Shown: positions 1 through 13,860, counted from the first letter of the stretch. The stretch: 48,020 bases of DNA from Octopus bimaculoides (GCF_001194135.2 NC_068996.1:32162466-32210485); one strand, 5' to 3'. The notes: generated by a model not told the origin, from the letters alone. Made by a program: numbers and translations.

Positions 1-76
<76 letters not shown>

Positions 77-108
77 CATGCATGCGTGTGTGTGTATGTG
101 TGTGTGTG
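1..108. repeat. (TA)n/(TG)n compound microsatellite
   Basis: Direct reading of the dinucleotide runs. Confidence 0.98.
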
Positions 109-159
109 TAATTTTAGGCCTGGTACTTATACTATAGGTTTCTTTTCCTGATTTGTTAT

Positions 160-310
160 GTTACGGAACACACAAACACCGGTTGTCATGTGATGGTGGA
201 GGACAGGAAACACACACACGCGCGCATTTATGGGGAGGGGACTTCTTTCAGTTCCCGCTCACAGCTCTTGCTGAAGGTGCGACACTGTGAGACGGAAACC
301 CGAAACCCAC
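160..310 (-). mobile_element. Degenerate, internally deleted SINE family A copy
   Basis: ccggttgtcatgtgatggtggaggac and acttctttcagttcccg...gaaggtgcgacactgtgagac resemble better-preserved copies at 980-1020 and 20940-21063/45703-45857. Confidence 0.5.
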
Positions 311-816
311 ACTCATGCACATATCTAACCATTAAGATAACAAACATAAGGCTTTAAGTTAAGCAAGGGTTAGAAATAGCTCTGAACTGTTCTTTAATCT
401 TTGGTGAGGATGCACACTTATTACACTATATTGGACATATGACATCGGCTACTACTACAGATATTTAGAGAAACTAATTTACACACTACAAATATATGAA
501 TAAATGCATATATTCTATTATAAAGTTATTTTTCGAATGTGTCTATAATTATTTGTACTGACTTGGGTGTTAGGGTGTGTTTATATAGGTGAGAGTATAA
601 TTATAAAAATACTTGCTTCTTCCATGCTTTTATGTATGAAAGCCTGTAACTATGTATACCTATATCTATCCCTGCCCCTCTCTCTCTACACACACATATG
701 TGTGTGTGTGTGTGTGTCTCCGTGTGCATATCTGAACACACACACACACACACTATACACACACACACACACACACTATACACACACACACACACATATA
801 TACAAGTACGTACATT

Positions 817-1022
817 CTCTTTTATTCTTTTACTTGTTTCAGTCATTTGGCTGCTGCCATGCTGGAGCACCGCCTTTAGTCGAGCAAATCGACTCAAGGA
901 TTTATTCTTTGGAAGACTAGTTCTTATTCTATCGGACTCTTTTGCCGAACCGCTAGTTACGGGGGGAAGAACACACCAACATCGGTTGTCAAGCAATGAT
1001 AGGGCGGGGAACAAACACAGTC
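817..1022 (-). mobile_element. SINE family A, 3' half and tail
   Basis: ttttattcttttacttgtttcagtcatt...ccatgctggagcaccgcctttagtcgagcaaatcgac...catcggttgtcaagc recurs at 21073-21272, 21727-21940, 33000-33201 and 43988-44190. Runs into a gap. Confidence 0.85.
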
Positions 1023-1680
1023 ACATANNNNNNNNNNNNNNNNNNNNNNNNNNNNNNNNNNNNNNNNNNNNNNNNNNNNNNNNNNNNNNNNNNNNNNNNN
1101 NNNNNNNNNNNNNNNNNNNNNNNNNNNNNNNNNNNNNNNNNNNNNNNNNNNNNNNNNNNNNNNNNNNNNNNNNNNNNNNNNNNNNNNNNNNNNNNNNNNN
1201 NNNNNNNNNNNNNNNNNNNNNNNNNNNNNNNNNNNNNNNNNNNNNNNNNNNNNNNNNNNNNNNNNNNNNNNNNNNNNNNNNNNNNNNNNNNNNNNNNNNN
1301 NNNNNNNNNNNNNNNNNNNNNNNNNNNNNNNNNNNNNNNNNNNNNNNNNNNNNNNNNNNNNNNNNNNNNNNNNNNNNNNNNNNNNNNNNNNNNNNNNNNN
1401 NNNNNNNNNNNNNNNNNNNNNNNNNNNNNNNNNNNNNNNNNNNNNNNNNNNNNNNNNNNNNNNNNNNNNNNNNNNNNNNNNNNNNNNNNNNCACACACAC
1501 ACACACACACATGCACACTAACACACACACACTCATGCAAACATATTAAACACTGAAAACGTCAGTGAGTCACAAGGGAAATCAGCAATAACTTTATTTA
1601 ATTGATTTGACGAAATATACGGGGATTGTGCGATCATATATATGCATGCGTTTCCATATGTATGTACATATATGTGCGTG

Positions 1681-1732
<52 letters not shown>

Positions 1733-2399
1733 AATGAATGTATGTATGAATATATGTAGATATATACACATATATATCTATATATTAAACGCACATAAGC
1801 ACGCACACACATGCTCTCTCTCACACACATGCTCTCTCTCTCACACACATGATCTCTCTCACACACACACACATGCATACATACGTCTATTTCGTATAAA
1901 TGGTATGCATGTATGTATGCATTCTTTGAAGAATGTGCGTTGTACTTAAATGTACTTAAATGTATAAAGTAATTTCATTGATATCATATTAATAAAGAAC
2001 ATATGGATTGGTTGAATGCGGATAGAAATGTAAGAAATTGACAAAGAACTAAAGTAAACACAATGGGCGGAAGCAGTTTTCTTTTGAGAGTTGTCTATAT
2101 TTAAGCAAGTTTTCGTCATTTATTTGCAACAAAAATGATGGATAGGGGTTATGAACAGTTACTAAAATGTTCGTGTCTACTGAAATGTTGAATAAGAATA
2201 TGAAGCAGAAATTGAAATCATTACTTCACAATATATGTTGTACATGTTTCAGTCTTGCACTGTGGCCATACTGCCCACTTTTAAATACATCAACGTAAAT
2301 TACACAGTGTTACATAGGAATGAAAATCTATCAAAAGTGTATGCATAATAGGGTAAAACATGCTAATTAGGCTTTGAAAAATTTATTAAAAAGTCCACA

Positions 2400-3129
2400 A
2401 TGCAAAATTAATGCAAATTGTGGCTCGATAGAAAGGATAATATAACTGGGCACATCTCATATACCGTGAAACAACGTAATAACTAATTCATATAAGCCCT
2501 TCCATAAGACTAACGATAATTTGAGATATATTGATAAACACTCTTGTCACTCACCTATTTTTTTTATAGACTTAATTCCAAACATTAGCCGAAGGATCAC
2601 ATGCCTTTCTTCATATGAAGAAATATTAGAAAAGATTGCCCCATATTATAAGAACCTGCAGGATAGTGGCTTTACTGATAAAATGTTCTACAACCCCTCC
2701 CCCACCTTCTCTATCACCTAGTCGGAAGAATAGGTTGCGGAAAGTTTATGACTCGCCTCCCCCCTTCTCACTTAATGTTAAGACAAATGTAGGTAGAAGA
2801 TTCTTGCACTTAGTAGATATCCAATTCTCTAGAGCCCACAAATACAATAAAATCGTTAACAATCACTCAATTAAATTGCCTTTTCTTGTCCCCACCCTTG
2901 CCAATATTAAGACATTTATCAATAAGCAACCGACGACTCAAGCCTTCCCTGGATACATATGTAGAGACAAATCTAGATGTCCTTTCGGGCAGAAATGCGA
3001 TATATCCACCGTTGTTTATGAAGCACAGGTATCAGCGAACTATGACAATGGTCGAACAGGAATAAAACATCGTGTCAGAGCCGTGGAAGGAAAAAATAAA
3101 TCCATTTATAACAACCAAGGCACCAAAAT
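2400..3129 (+). mobile_element. Penelope-like retroelement remnant (RT C-terminus, linker, start of GIY-YIG), frameshifted
   Basis: Translations TNSYKPFHKTNDNLRYIDKHSCH, PNISRRITCLSSYEE, PPFSLNVKTNVGRRFLHLVD, CRDKSRCPFGQKC..TVVYEAQV and AVEGKNKSIYNNQ match PLE motifs as I recall them. Truncated at the hairpin. Confidence 0.8.
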
Positions 3130-3277
3130 TAGTTGTATCTCCTCAGGTGATATAAAATCGCTGTCTCCGTAAGTAAATATTTGATTTCGATGCTGTTTGG
3201 GTTGGATGTGATAGCATCGAAATCAAACATTTACTTACGGAGACAGCGATTGTATATCACCTGAGGAGATACAACTA
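3130..3277. repeat. 65-bp inverted repeat with 18-nt spacer
   Basis: Arms 3130-3194 and 3213-3277 are reverse complements with 2 mismatches. Confidence 0.95.
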
Positions 3278-3357
3278 GGTCCTATTATACAGGTAAACCG
3301 TAACTTAATCTAAATTTAAGTCTTGTATCTATGTTGTATCGAAACATGTGTAGTGGT
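3256..3357 (+). ncRNA. Type I hammerhead ribozyme candidate with canonical core
   Basis: Stem I ATCAC/GTGGT; CTGAGGA 3261-3267; stem II GATACAAC/GTTGTATC; GAAAC 3341-3345; self-complementary ACATGTGT stem III; GTA triplet 3350-3352. Confidence 0.75.
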
Positions 3358-3543
3358 CATTAAGTAACTGTCGAATCGTACTCCCTCTTACTTTCATTTT
3401 TATTTTTCACACACGAGGAATGCCTAAACCTGGAATTGGTAGTATACCATAATACTGTCAGGTATCTGGTAATTCTAAGGGTGAAAAAGCTCTATTTTAC
3501 GCTCTAATACGTTCATAACGGAATACACCTTAACTATATATAA

Positions 3544-3592
<49 letters not shown>

Positions 3593-3859
3593 NNNNNNNN
3601 NNNNNNNNNNNNNNNNNNNNNNNNNNNNNNNNNNNNNNNNNNNNNNNNNNNNNNNNNNNNNNNNNNNNNNNNNNNNNNNNNNNNNNNNNNNNNNNNNNNN
3701 NNNNNNNNNNNNNNNNNNNNNNNNNNNNNNNNNNNNNNNNNNNNNNNNNNNNNNNNNNNNNNNNNNNNATTATGGTATTTAACATTAAAAAAATATATAT
3801 TTTGTAATGCTCATAAAGTTAAATTGCCACTTCCTACATAGTGTAATTATAGAACTCAG

Positions 3860-4570
3860 ATGATTTCTGCTCAAGCAAAATTACCATCTCCTACTTAAAG
3901 AAAATAGCACACAACGAGCAAAAGAAATACCGATAGTACAGCTTATGGCAACACGAAAAAGGCGAACCCATCAAAAGAACACAATACCATTTCTAGTAAC
4001 ACACAATCCGCATCACCAAAACATTTTTAACATCATCAAAACAAATTTGCTAATCATGAAACAAAGTGAAAAATTAAAAAAAGACATAATAACTATTCAA
4101 ACACTTATCTTAAGCAAAAGGCAATGACATAACCTAGAGAAACTATTAACCAAAGCAAAATTCAACATGAATAGACAGGATAAAACATTCACAGTATGCA
4201 AGTGTAATAACAGATGTGGAACGTGTCAACACATGCAAACGGGTAGAACAAAAAATGGACAGATTTTCGCAAATGCAATTATGAACTGCAAAAGCAAAAA
4301 TTTGATCTACTGCTTTAAATGCCCGAATTGCAATTAATTATATATAGGTGAGACAGAGAATACCTTATCGGAAAGCTCACGAGTCCACCAACAACAAATC
4401 CGGAATAGCAATGTTCGCCAAATTCCACTGAGTGAACATATAGAGACATGTGATCAGAAAATGTTTGTAACTTTTCTTTTTCGCAAACTGCGTGACACAA
4501 GTGAGTTGGAAGAAAGATAAAAGAAAAACGGTTCATTAAAATGTTCAAACCTGTTCTGAACGGAAATAAC
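3860..4570 (+). mobile_element. Second Penelope-like remnant (linker with Cys motif and GIY-YIG endonuclease)
   Basis: RAKEIPIVQL, IPFLVTHNP, ILSKRQ, CKCNNRCGTCQHM, CKSKNLIYCFKCPNC, YIGETE, IPLSEHIETC and FIKMFKPVLN, across frameshifts and stops. Confidence 0.85.
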
Positions 4571-4971
4571 AGCAATAATATTACAAACAATTAATGATTA
4601 ATATATCTCTATCATACAAATATAAACAAATTACAGAATATTGGTACACCTGGCAAACCGTAATGTTTAAGCTGCATGTGAATTTGTTAAAACCGTATTC
4701 TAAAAACACAGCTTGTTGGAGCGTTCTAAAGTTGTCAAGAACTCAACTGTCAGTTAAACACATTTGAAATCTAATGATTACTCTTTGGATGAAGGTGCTA
4801 ATTTAACTTTATGAGCCTTACAAAATATGTTTTTTCAATGTTAAAATACCATAATAAAACCGTGAAAACCAGACTGTGTTTTAACTTTATTCAACTGATA
4901 TATTATTTACAAATTCGAAATAAATACAAGTGGTTACGAAGCAAACTTCTTACTACACTGCGATACCTGTT

Positions 4972-5007
<36 letters not shown>

Positions 5008-6128
5008 AATGAATGTATATATGTATGTATGTATGTATGTATGAATGTATGGACTGATGTGTGTGTTTTAAAGTAGGTATGTCCCCCCTTCACACACACA
5101 CACACACACACACNNNNNNNNNNNNNNNNNNNNNNNNNNNNNNNNNNNNNNNNNNNNNNNNNNNNNNNNNNNNNNNNNNNNNNNNNNNNNNNNNNNNNNN
5201 NNNNNNNNNNNNNNNNNNNNNNNNNNNNNNNNNNNNNNNNNNNNNNNNNNNNNNNNNNNNNNNNNNNNNNNNNNNNNNNNNNNNNNNNNNNNNNNNNNNN
5301 NNNNNNNNNNNNNNNNNNNNNNNNNNNNNNNNNNNNNNNNNNNNNNNNNNNNNNNNNNNNNNNNNNNNNNNNNNNNNNNNNNNNNNNNNNNNNNNNNNNN
5401 NNNNNNNNNNNNNNNNNNNNNNNNNNNNNNNNNNNNNNNNNNNNNNNNNNNNNNNNNNNNNNNNNNNNNNNNNNNNNNNNNNNNNNNNNNNNNNNNNNNN
5501 NNNNNNNNNNNNNNNNNNNNNNNNNNNNNNNNNNNNNNNNNNNNNNNNNNNNNNNNNNNNNNNNNNNNNNNNNNNNNNNNNNNNNNNNNNNNNNNNNNNN
5601 NNNNNNNNNNNNNNNNNNNNNNNNNNNNNNNNNNNNNNNNNNNNNNNNNNNNNNNNNNNNNNNNNNNNNNNNNNNNNNNNNNNNNNNNNNNNNNNNNNNN
5701 NNNNNNNNNNNNNNNNNNNNNNNNNNNNNNNNNNNNNNNNNNNNNNNNNNNNNNNNNNNNNNNNNNNNNNNNNNNNNNNNNNNNNNNNNNNNNNNNNNNN
5801 NNNNNNNNNNNNNNNNNNNNNNNNNNNNNNNNNNNNNNNNNNNNNNNNNNNNNNNNNNNNNNNNNNNNNNNNNNNNNNNNNNNNNNNNNNNNNNNNNNNN
5901 NNNNNNNNNNNNNNNNNNNNNNNNNNNNNNNNNNNNNNNNNNNNNNNNNNNNNNNNNNNNNNNNNNNNNNNNNNNNNNNNNNNCAACAGTACATGTTCCC
6001 GTGCCAGGTTTTAGCACATTGTTAATAGCATTTGAGAATTCTTTACTAATTTAAACAATATTGTTAGCCTGTTGTACTGACAGAGAGCTTATAAAGTATT
6101 TTCTTTAGACTGATAATGCCCAACTCTG

Positions 6129-6164
<36 letters not shown>

Positions 6165-6289
6165 TTAAAGATTATGTTGGTAGCCCGCTACTGCTTTTCT
6201 TAATTTCAATACGTAATCATATCTCTGGTAAAATATCACTTTTCTTTTGGTACTTATTTTATTCACACTCGGAAGGAGGAAGCAATCTA

Positions 6290-6580
6290 GAAAGAAAGCG
6301 AAAGAATGCCAGTAACGTATTTAGGGGTCGTTCTTTCACTCCTGTCAACCAACTGTATTTTAAATTGAAATAAACCATGACTCATTTGAAACAACAGAAA
6401 CAGACGATTGTGAGTTCTGGGCGGTTGCAGTTTTTTAACACGGAGGTTGTGTTAATTCGTCTTATAGAAAAAGTCAAAGGAAAGTTAACCGCGTTAGATG
6501 AACGTCTTTCCGGAAGAATGGAAATTATTCATGCTTTCAAGGTTTCAGAACCACCATGTATACTTTGTGGTGTTTTGAAT
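6290..6580 (+). mobile_element. Possible highly degenerate L1/Tx1-like LINE RT fragment
   Basis: MPVTYLGVVL (YLG motif) followed by LIEKVKGKLTALDERLSGRMEII, resembling the post-RT7 region. Short and broken. Confidence 0.35.
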
Positions 6581-9500
6581 AACTTTGTTTAGTAAATCTC
6601 TTGTCATCGTATTAAAATATTAAATGTTGATGTTCATTTCATAGCAGCAACATGTGAGACAGTGTATCAGCTCTACTATAAAAGTTGTATAAAGTTACTA
6701 TAGTTTTTGCGAGTAATGTTGGTATATTCTATAGTATTGAGGATGCAATGCACTTTAATTCTTTGCGAAGAAATGTTAATGCATTATAGATAAGAAAAAT
6801 ATGAGTATATACTAATTTTCGTAAGTTTGTAAAGCTTATCTTCTTATAAAAGCCAGTTAATAAGTATTTTCTCCAAGTTTGACTTGCTTCTCTGTCTGTT
6901 ATTGCTGATATAGTGCAGCCGCAGTGTATTATAAGGGTAGAGAGAAAATAAGTCAAATTTATTCCTGTTAAAAGTGTTTCATGTGTAATAAGAAAAAATT
7001 AAAACTGATTTTGAGGTATGAGTGAAAAATAGCCTAATTGCCGGAACAAAAGTTAAGGACAATTTGGCTATACAATTTGGCTAATATCTGAGTGAAACTT
7101 AGTGAATACATTCCCTTTGTTGCACCCAGATACAGATATAGCCAAAATCACATTGAGCTCAATTAATCGAAGCTTTTCAATTAATTATAGTACGTAAACG
7201 AAACTCTGCCTACGAGTAGTTAGAATACAGAAATCTCACCCGATAGATTTTCACTCAACCACTTTAAATGGGTGATTTGTTCAATGAGTGGATATGATCT
7301 TTAAGGGTGAAATGCTGAATTAAAATTATCTCGGTATTGATTTTCATTCTGAATTATGACCAAACATAATGTAGTCCGATCCATTCACCTCTTCTTCATT
7401 GTCTCTCCACAAGATTGACCACATGCGTGCGTGCACATACACACANNNNNNNNNNNNNNNNNNNNNNNNNNNNNNNNNNNNNNNNNNNNNNNNNNNNNNN
7501 NNNNNNNNNNNNNNNNNNNNNNNNNNNNNNNNNNNNNNNNNNNNNNNNNNNNNNNNNNNNNNNNNNNNNNNNNNNNNNNNNNNNNNNNNNNNNNNNNNNN
7601 NNNNNNNNNNNNNNNNNNNNNNNNNNNNNNNNNNNNNNNNNNNNNNNNNNNNNNNNNNNNNNNNNNNNNNNNNNNNNNNNNNNNNNNNNNNNNNNNNNNN
7701 NNNNNNNNNNNNNNNNNNNNNNNNNNNNNNNNNNNNNNNNNNNNNNNNNNNNNNNNNNNNNNNNNNNNNNNNNNNNNNNNNNNNNNNNNNNNNNNNNNNN
7801 NNNNNNNNNNNNNNNNNNNNNNNNNNNNNNNNNNNNNNNNNNNNNNNNNNNNNNNNNNNNNNNNNNNNNNNNNNNNNNNNNNNNNNNNNNNNNNNNNNNN
7901 NNNNNNNNNNNNNNNNNNNNNNNNNNNNNNNNNNNNNNNNNNNNNNNNNNNNNNNNNNNNNNNNNNNNNNNNNNNNNNNNNNNNNNNNNNNNNNNNNNNN
8001 NNNNNNNNNNNNNNNNNNNNNNNNNNNTACTACAAATGAAGGGGAGAAAAACGGGTTAGGAATTATTATAACATTGTCTTGATATTTTTTACACGTATAT
8101 GAAGACTTATATTCAATTTTCTTGTCCCCGTTTAGTTATTCGTAAATTCATTTTCATGGTCAGAAAAATCAATCCATAATTCACTGAAATCTATTTTATT
8201 TTTTGTTGCTATAAATATTCAGTTTTCTTTAATGCGAATTCAATATTGAATATCATTTTGTCTTATAGACAAGTGTTTTAAATATTTCGTATAATCATTA
8301 GCACTCCGTGAACTTCAATTAATCTTCCAGCAAATCCCTTTTAAAACAATTCTTCTATAATTATTTATTTATAATATTTTTGCTTTATTAGTATTTAGTA
8401 TTTACGCATTCATTTTGCTTTCTGTTTTTCTTGCTAATTTGCCGTTGTTAATGAGTTTTTTTTTTTAAGATTCCATCATAAAACTTAATTATCATCTCAT
8501 ACAGTATTGTTAATGACAAGCCTAGAAGCTGAACTAGCTTCCAGCTTTCCTTATTGTTCCCCAAACTACTCATCAACAGCTCCTCTCTCTCTCTTTCTCT
8601 CTCCATCTCCTCTCTTTCTATCTATCTATTTATCTGCCCGTCTTTTTCTCATTCCCTTTCTTGCTCTTAATGAAGACTCCTAAACAATTCCGCTACTTCC
8701 AGCAGTTTATAGAATAGAACAATCTCATTGATTTATTATTGTTTTGTTTTCCCTAACTTTCTGGAGATTAGGCAATAAGGTAAAACCTATTTTACCCGTC
8801 AAACAATAAAAAAAAATTAGAGTAACTTGTGAAAAAGTGAAAATGAAAATTAATTAAAAATGTATGTATGGTATACATATAATTTTTGTAAAAGATGACT
8901 CATCTAAATAATTTTGTATGTTTATGAATTTTTTTTTAATATTTATGAATATCAATTAGCAATTCACCTTGCTATAATCGTATCTCCTTACGAAAATGTG
9001 GTTGAAATTTTCCAAAATGCATTACTGCTGTATGTCTGTTTCTTTTCATGCAATACAATGGTAGGATATAGTTTCTTATTCAAGCACTTGGTTCATACAG
9101 TGCTTTTCTTCAATCTTTTTTTTTTTTTCGCCTGTAATATTCCTAACAAGCGTTAAATATAGAGACAAAATAATAGCATCTGTATTGCTGTCGCAGTGAA
9201 ATGTGTTCATTCGGCAATTTTTTTACGTCATAAGTATTACATTCAAAGCCAAGAGTATCAAAAAACTCATCAAAACTATAGTTAAGAGAAGCTTTTCTGC
9301 TTACTAAATAGAAATACAGTAGGAGCCGTATTTTTAATAAGTTGAAAAGTTTCCTTCAACGAACAAATCACACTTTCTAGAGAGTTCTGAATCTAAAAAC
9401 CTGAAAGAATGGAAATAGCAGTAACAAGACAAGTTGATCAGAAGTTTCCTTCTTACTTTTTTTAATATTTTTTTAACAATATAGGCAATGCGTATCGCAG

Positions 9501-9745
9501 TGGTACTGATTTTTAAAATCAAATGACAAAAGTTATTGACACATTTCGGTTTTATTAAAACGACTTAGCAAAACAGTTTTTATTCCGTTAGCAAGACGAA
9601 GAGCGATGTGTATATGTGTGTGTGTGTGTTCGCGCGCGTGTATGTTGTACATATACACACACTTATGCACGCACACACACAGGTGTATGCACACCTACAT
9701 CATCTTCCTTTCTCCCATCCTCTCTACCCTCTCTTTGTCTGTCAG

Positions 9746-9749
<4 letters not shown>

Positions 9750-9832
<83 letters not shown>
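9750..9832. repeat. (CT)n(TA)n microsatellite
   Basis: Direct reading. Confidence 0.97.
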
Positions 9833-9838
<6 letters not shown>

Positions 9839-12029
9839 TTTAATTCTTACTGTTCCATGTACGCGTAATAATTTAATATCAACTTGATAGGCCTTAGCAT
9901 ACATTGTCAAATGTATTGTTGGCTGATTTCTATTGACAAAAACAGTTGCTTATGCCAAGCTCGAAATGACGGCGTTATTTCCATAACTAAGAAGGCGCAA
10001 CGATAGTCTACTGATTCCACTTAAAGCGAGTGTGTTGTTTACACACATCGTCTATAGGGAGAAGTCATTATGTTATGTACCTTATCGTAAATCGAATCTT
10101 AATACCAATTATTTGAAATTAGTCATTCCACTATCGTTGACATTACTAATGCTTAGCAAGCGTATCAATAATATCCTCAATTTCGTAACGATTTTCAAAT
10201 TTATTTTATTAAGAGAAAATCTAAATTGAGTACTTTCGTTGATCAAGTATAGGTACAAACCCATACATTTTTGACAACACACAAAAGATTATTACATCGT
10301 CAACTGCAGTCAGCATTTGTGGGATCTGAACTTAACACATGAACAGAGTAATTACATACAATGAAGAATTTTTGTCTAATGCTCAACCGATGTTTTAATG
10401 CAGCAACTTTTCCGTTTATGTTGCTATAAAATTTAAACACTACAGTATGAGATACTGTAATGTTTATATATTTTAAAAACTTCCCTAGCATAAGCAAATT
10501 GATTTTGTTTGATGAAATAATCGAAGCCATATCACAGACGCGACTCTACATAACTTTCATCTCTTACCCTTTGGTATTATCAATGCAAGAATTAAACAGT
10601 TAAATTTGATATTCTTTAAACATATTTCATAAACTGCCATAGGTTCAATCACATCTGTATACTAATGCCTCATAATTCCAAAAAGTAATACAATATTATT
10701 TTACTAACAGAAGCTATGAGTATATAACAGAATTAAGGAGAATTCTTTGCAAAACTCAAACAAAAATATGTCCATATTCTTATAGTTTCTATAATTTAGT
10801 ATTAGAAAATATGGTTTTGAAACCGCATTGTTTGATGTTATTATTAAAGATATTTTTAAAATCTTGGAATATGGAAATTAGAAACGCATTTGACTTACTG
10901 ATAATTTTATACTTTCAGTCATATTGAATTATTATTAGTATTAAATAATGACCGATCAAGTGATCGTATCTTGTGACTGATTTTAAGAAATATTCATTTC
11001 CAAGTTGTCAAAATATTTTCTGTAAATAGACATGAAATAGAGACTTATAAGCAGGGAACGCTTAATGTTAATGTTTTCACTAGCGTACGCGATTTATTTG
11101 AATTTCTCTTAATGACTTGTTGCTTTAATAAAACTTCCTACACCATTCCTCATTTGAATATTATCACGATCTCGACGCTACTATGAATGATTAAAAAAGT
11201 ACCTATTGTTATTTATTACGCACACCCAACCATTTACTTCAATTTCTGTAAGTTACAGTAATAGTAATTGCCGTTATCAAAAGAAAAAACAACTAATTTT
11301 CCAAATTAAACGCTTATTCTTCACCTGATGCCATTGGCGGCAACATAGAAAAGACAAAGACTACGATTGTCGATACAGTTCTTTGAAGAAAGAAATTTAA
11401 ATCTCTAAATTATATGTAGTATTATTAGAAATTCCATATGAAAAATATCCTTATGACCTTAAAATGGATTTAATTCAAGGCTCAAAGATATCTGTTAATT
11501 ACTTCTTTTGTTTTTAAATCTATGAAACATTGAATTTACTAATCAATTATAATGTCTCTGGGAGGTCTCAAATTAATTAAGCAACATTTCCGCCCATGAT
11601 GCTGAAATCGTTTCAACAATCTCTACCTGATTGTAATCTCAGAAACTCAATTAGTCCTATATGCTGACAAAGGAAAACGTGAATTGTAGACAATAATGTT
11701 GCGTTACGTTATTTCAACCACATTATATACTATTGAAGATTATACGAAGAGTTTGAACTCTTGATGATTTGGATTCTCCCAATGATTTTTCTTTCAGATA
11801 CATAATGTTCAACCATCATTACTATCACCGTTATTTTAAATATTATCAATATTATTATTGTCAGGGGTGAAGGCTAATATTACTGTTATTGTTATCAGAC
11901 ATTGCAGTATTTAGTTAAGTCTCTTTACGCTCTGTGTTCAAACACTATCGGCGTCAAATTTGCTTTACATCCCTCTCAGATAGGTACAAAGGCTAGTAAT
12001 AAGTAATTAGTCAATGTGTGGTCGAAATC

Positions 12030-12066
12030 TTCATCATCATCATCATCATTATTATTATTATTGTTA

Positions 12067-12106
<40 letters not shown>

Positions 12107-12111
12107 CATCA

Positions 12112-12178
<67 letters not shown>
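12030..12178. repeat. (CAT)n/(TAT)n array, i.e. (TAA)n on the minus strand
   Basis: Direct reading; abuts the 3' end of the RLE LINE. Confidence 0.97.
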
Positions 12179-12179
<1 letters not shown>

Positions 12180-13860
12180 GGAAAACTTACAGTTTATATT
12201 GCTGGTTATGATGGAAAGTATCAGCTGTCCACAGCCAGCAGACTAAGGTGGCACTTGCTTACTGGTCATACTTCAAGAATCCTGTGACGAATTCTTGCAG
12301 TTCCAAGTAATGCTGATTTTTGTAGGTGTCCTACCTTCACACTTGTACCGATCTTTTTCAGCCACGTTGGTAGTTGAGTGCTCGTAGTTCCAAGGGCATC
12401 GATTACTATTGGTATCACTTTCACTCATTTCATTGACCACAACCTTCGTATTTTCCACTTTAAATCGTCATAGTTGTTTATTTTTCTGTTCTTCATTCAC
12501 ATTGATCTTGTTGTCACTGGGGCATGCTGTGTCGATTATCATGCATGCTCTTTGTTTTTTACTCATCACAAAAATGTCCTGTTTCCAATGTTTGGGTAGG
12601 TGACCGCACTGGATCATTACATCCTACAGGATTTTGCAGTTCTCATTTTCGGTGACTCCTTCTGGAGTTTGTTCATATCTTTGCTCTATGTAAGCCGTGA
12701 TTTCCACAGAGCCCCCGACGGATCATTCTTGCTACATTGTCATGGCGTCATTTGTATTCGCGTTATGCCAATTTATGGCATTCGCTGACGATGTGCCATA
12801 CTGTTTCACCCCCTCTCATCACACATTCTGCATTTGTCGCAATCGGTAATGTTGTCAATTTTGCACTTCATATAATTGGTCCTTAACGCTTGTTCCAGTG
12901 CTGCGCATATGAGTGCTTCTGTCTCTATTTTCAGATCACTCCACCTCATCCATAGCCACCGGTCCTCTGTATCTGTCTTGGCGTTCACATCTCTTGCAAA
13001 CTGACAATACATTTCTTTTTCCTTCCATGTTTTTCTTTTTTTGTTCGTTTCTTGTTTAAATTTTTCTTTAGTTACACAATTTTCAGTTTTGCTGACGCCG
13101 GTCTTCACGTGTTTCAACAATGGCTCAACGGCATTCTTTAAATACCACACTAGGCTGTTTTCGTTTACCTCGATACAGTCCTGGCAACTGATCAAACCTC
13201 TCCCACGCTATTTTCTGGACGAGTACAGCCTATCGATGTCACTCTTAGGGTGGAAGGCTCCATGTACTGTCAACATTTTTCTGGTCTTGTTATCCGTTTT
13301 CTTCATTTCTCACTTTTGCCATTTTATAATTCCCGCTCCATACCGAAGTGATACTCTCGCCCACGTATTAACTGCTTGTATTTTCTTCCATCCCGTCAAT
13401 TTTGAGCGTAACATCAAACCCAGTCTTCTGAAATACTCCATCTTCAGTTGCTCTTTCATTTCCTTTTTCATTATCTCGTTGCACTCTAGTACACCAAGGT
13501 ATTTGTAACCTTCCGTTTCAATTTGCTTAATCAAATGTCTATTCGGTAATTCTATCTCTGCTAAGGACTGTACCTTGCCTCTTTTTAGATAGATTATTTC
13601 GCACTTCTTAAGTTCAAATTCCATTCTAATATCAGTACTAAAATAGTGGACCGTATTCACCAAGGAACACGCTTGTGTCTTATCTTTGCCATACAATTTC
13701 AAATCATTTATGGAGAGGAGGTGGTTGATTGTTTGGTATTTTCCTTTTAGTTGGTACCCCAGATTCATTTTCCTGAGTACAAAGGTCATTGGTATCATGC
13801 AGAGAAAGAAAAGCAACAGAGATAGGGTATAGCCCTGGAAAACTCGTTTGAGGCTCTACT
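12179..13860 (-). mobile_element. 5'-truncated R4/Dong-like non-LTR retrotransposon with RT, CCHC knuckle and restriction-like endonuclease; degenerate
   Basis: RVFQGYTLSLLLF (QGD motif), INHLLSINDLKLYGK (YxDD), YKYLGVLE, KCRMCDERGETVWHIVSEC (CCHC), KQD..MIIDTACP (degenerate PD..D) and VIPIVIDALG...LQKSALLGTARILHRILEV*. Short 3' UTR then (TAA)n. Confidence 0.85.

Noticed and set aside
7200-7222. GAAACTC-loop-GAGTA resembling HHR stem III
   Set aside because: No CUGANGA or stem II upstream.
9180-9400. Good minus-strand acceptor followed by FLDSELSRKCDLFVEGNFSTY*
   Set aside because: Stops in all frames and no recognisable homology.
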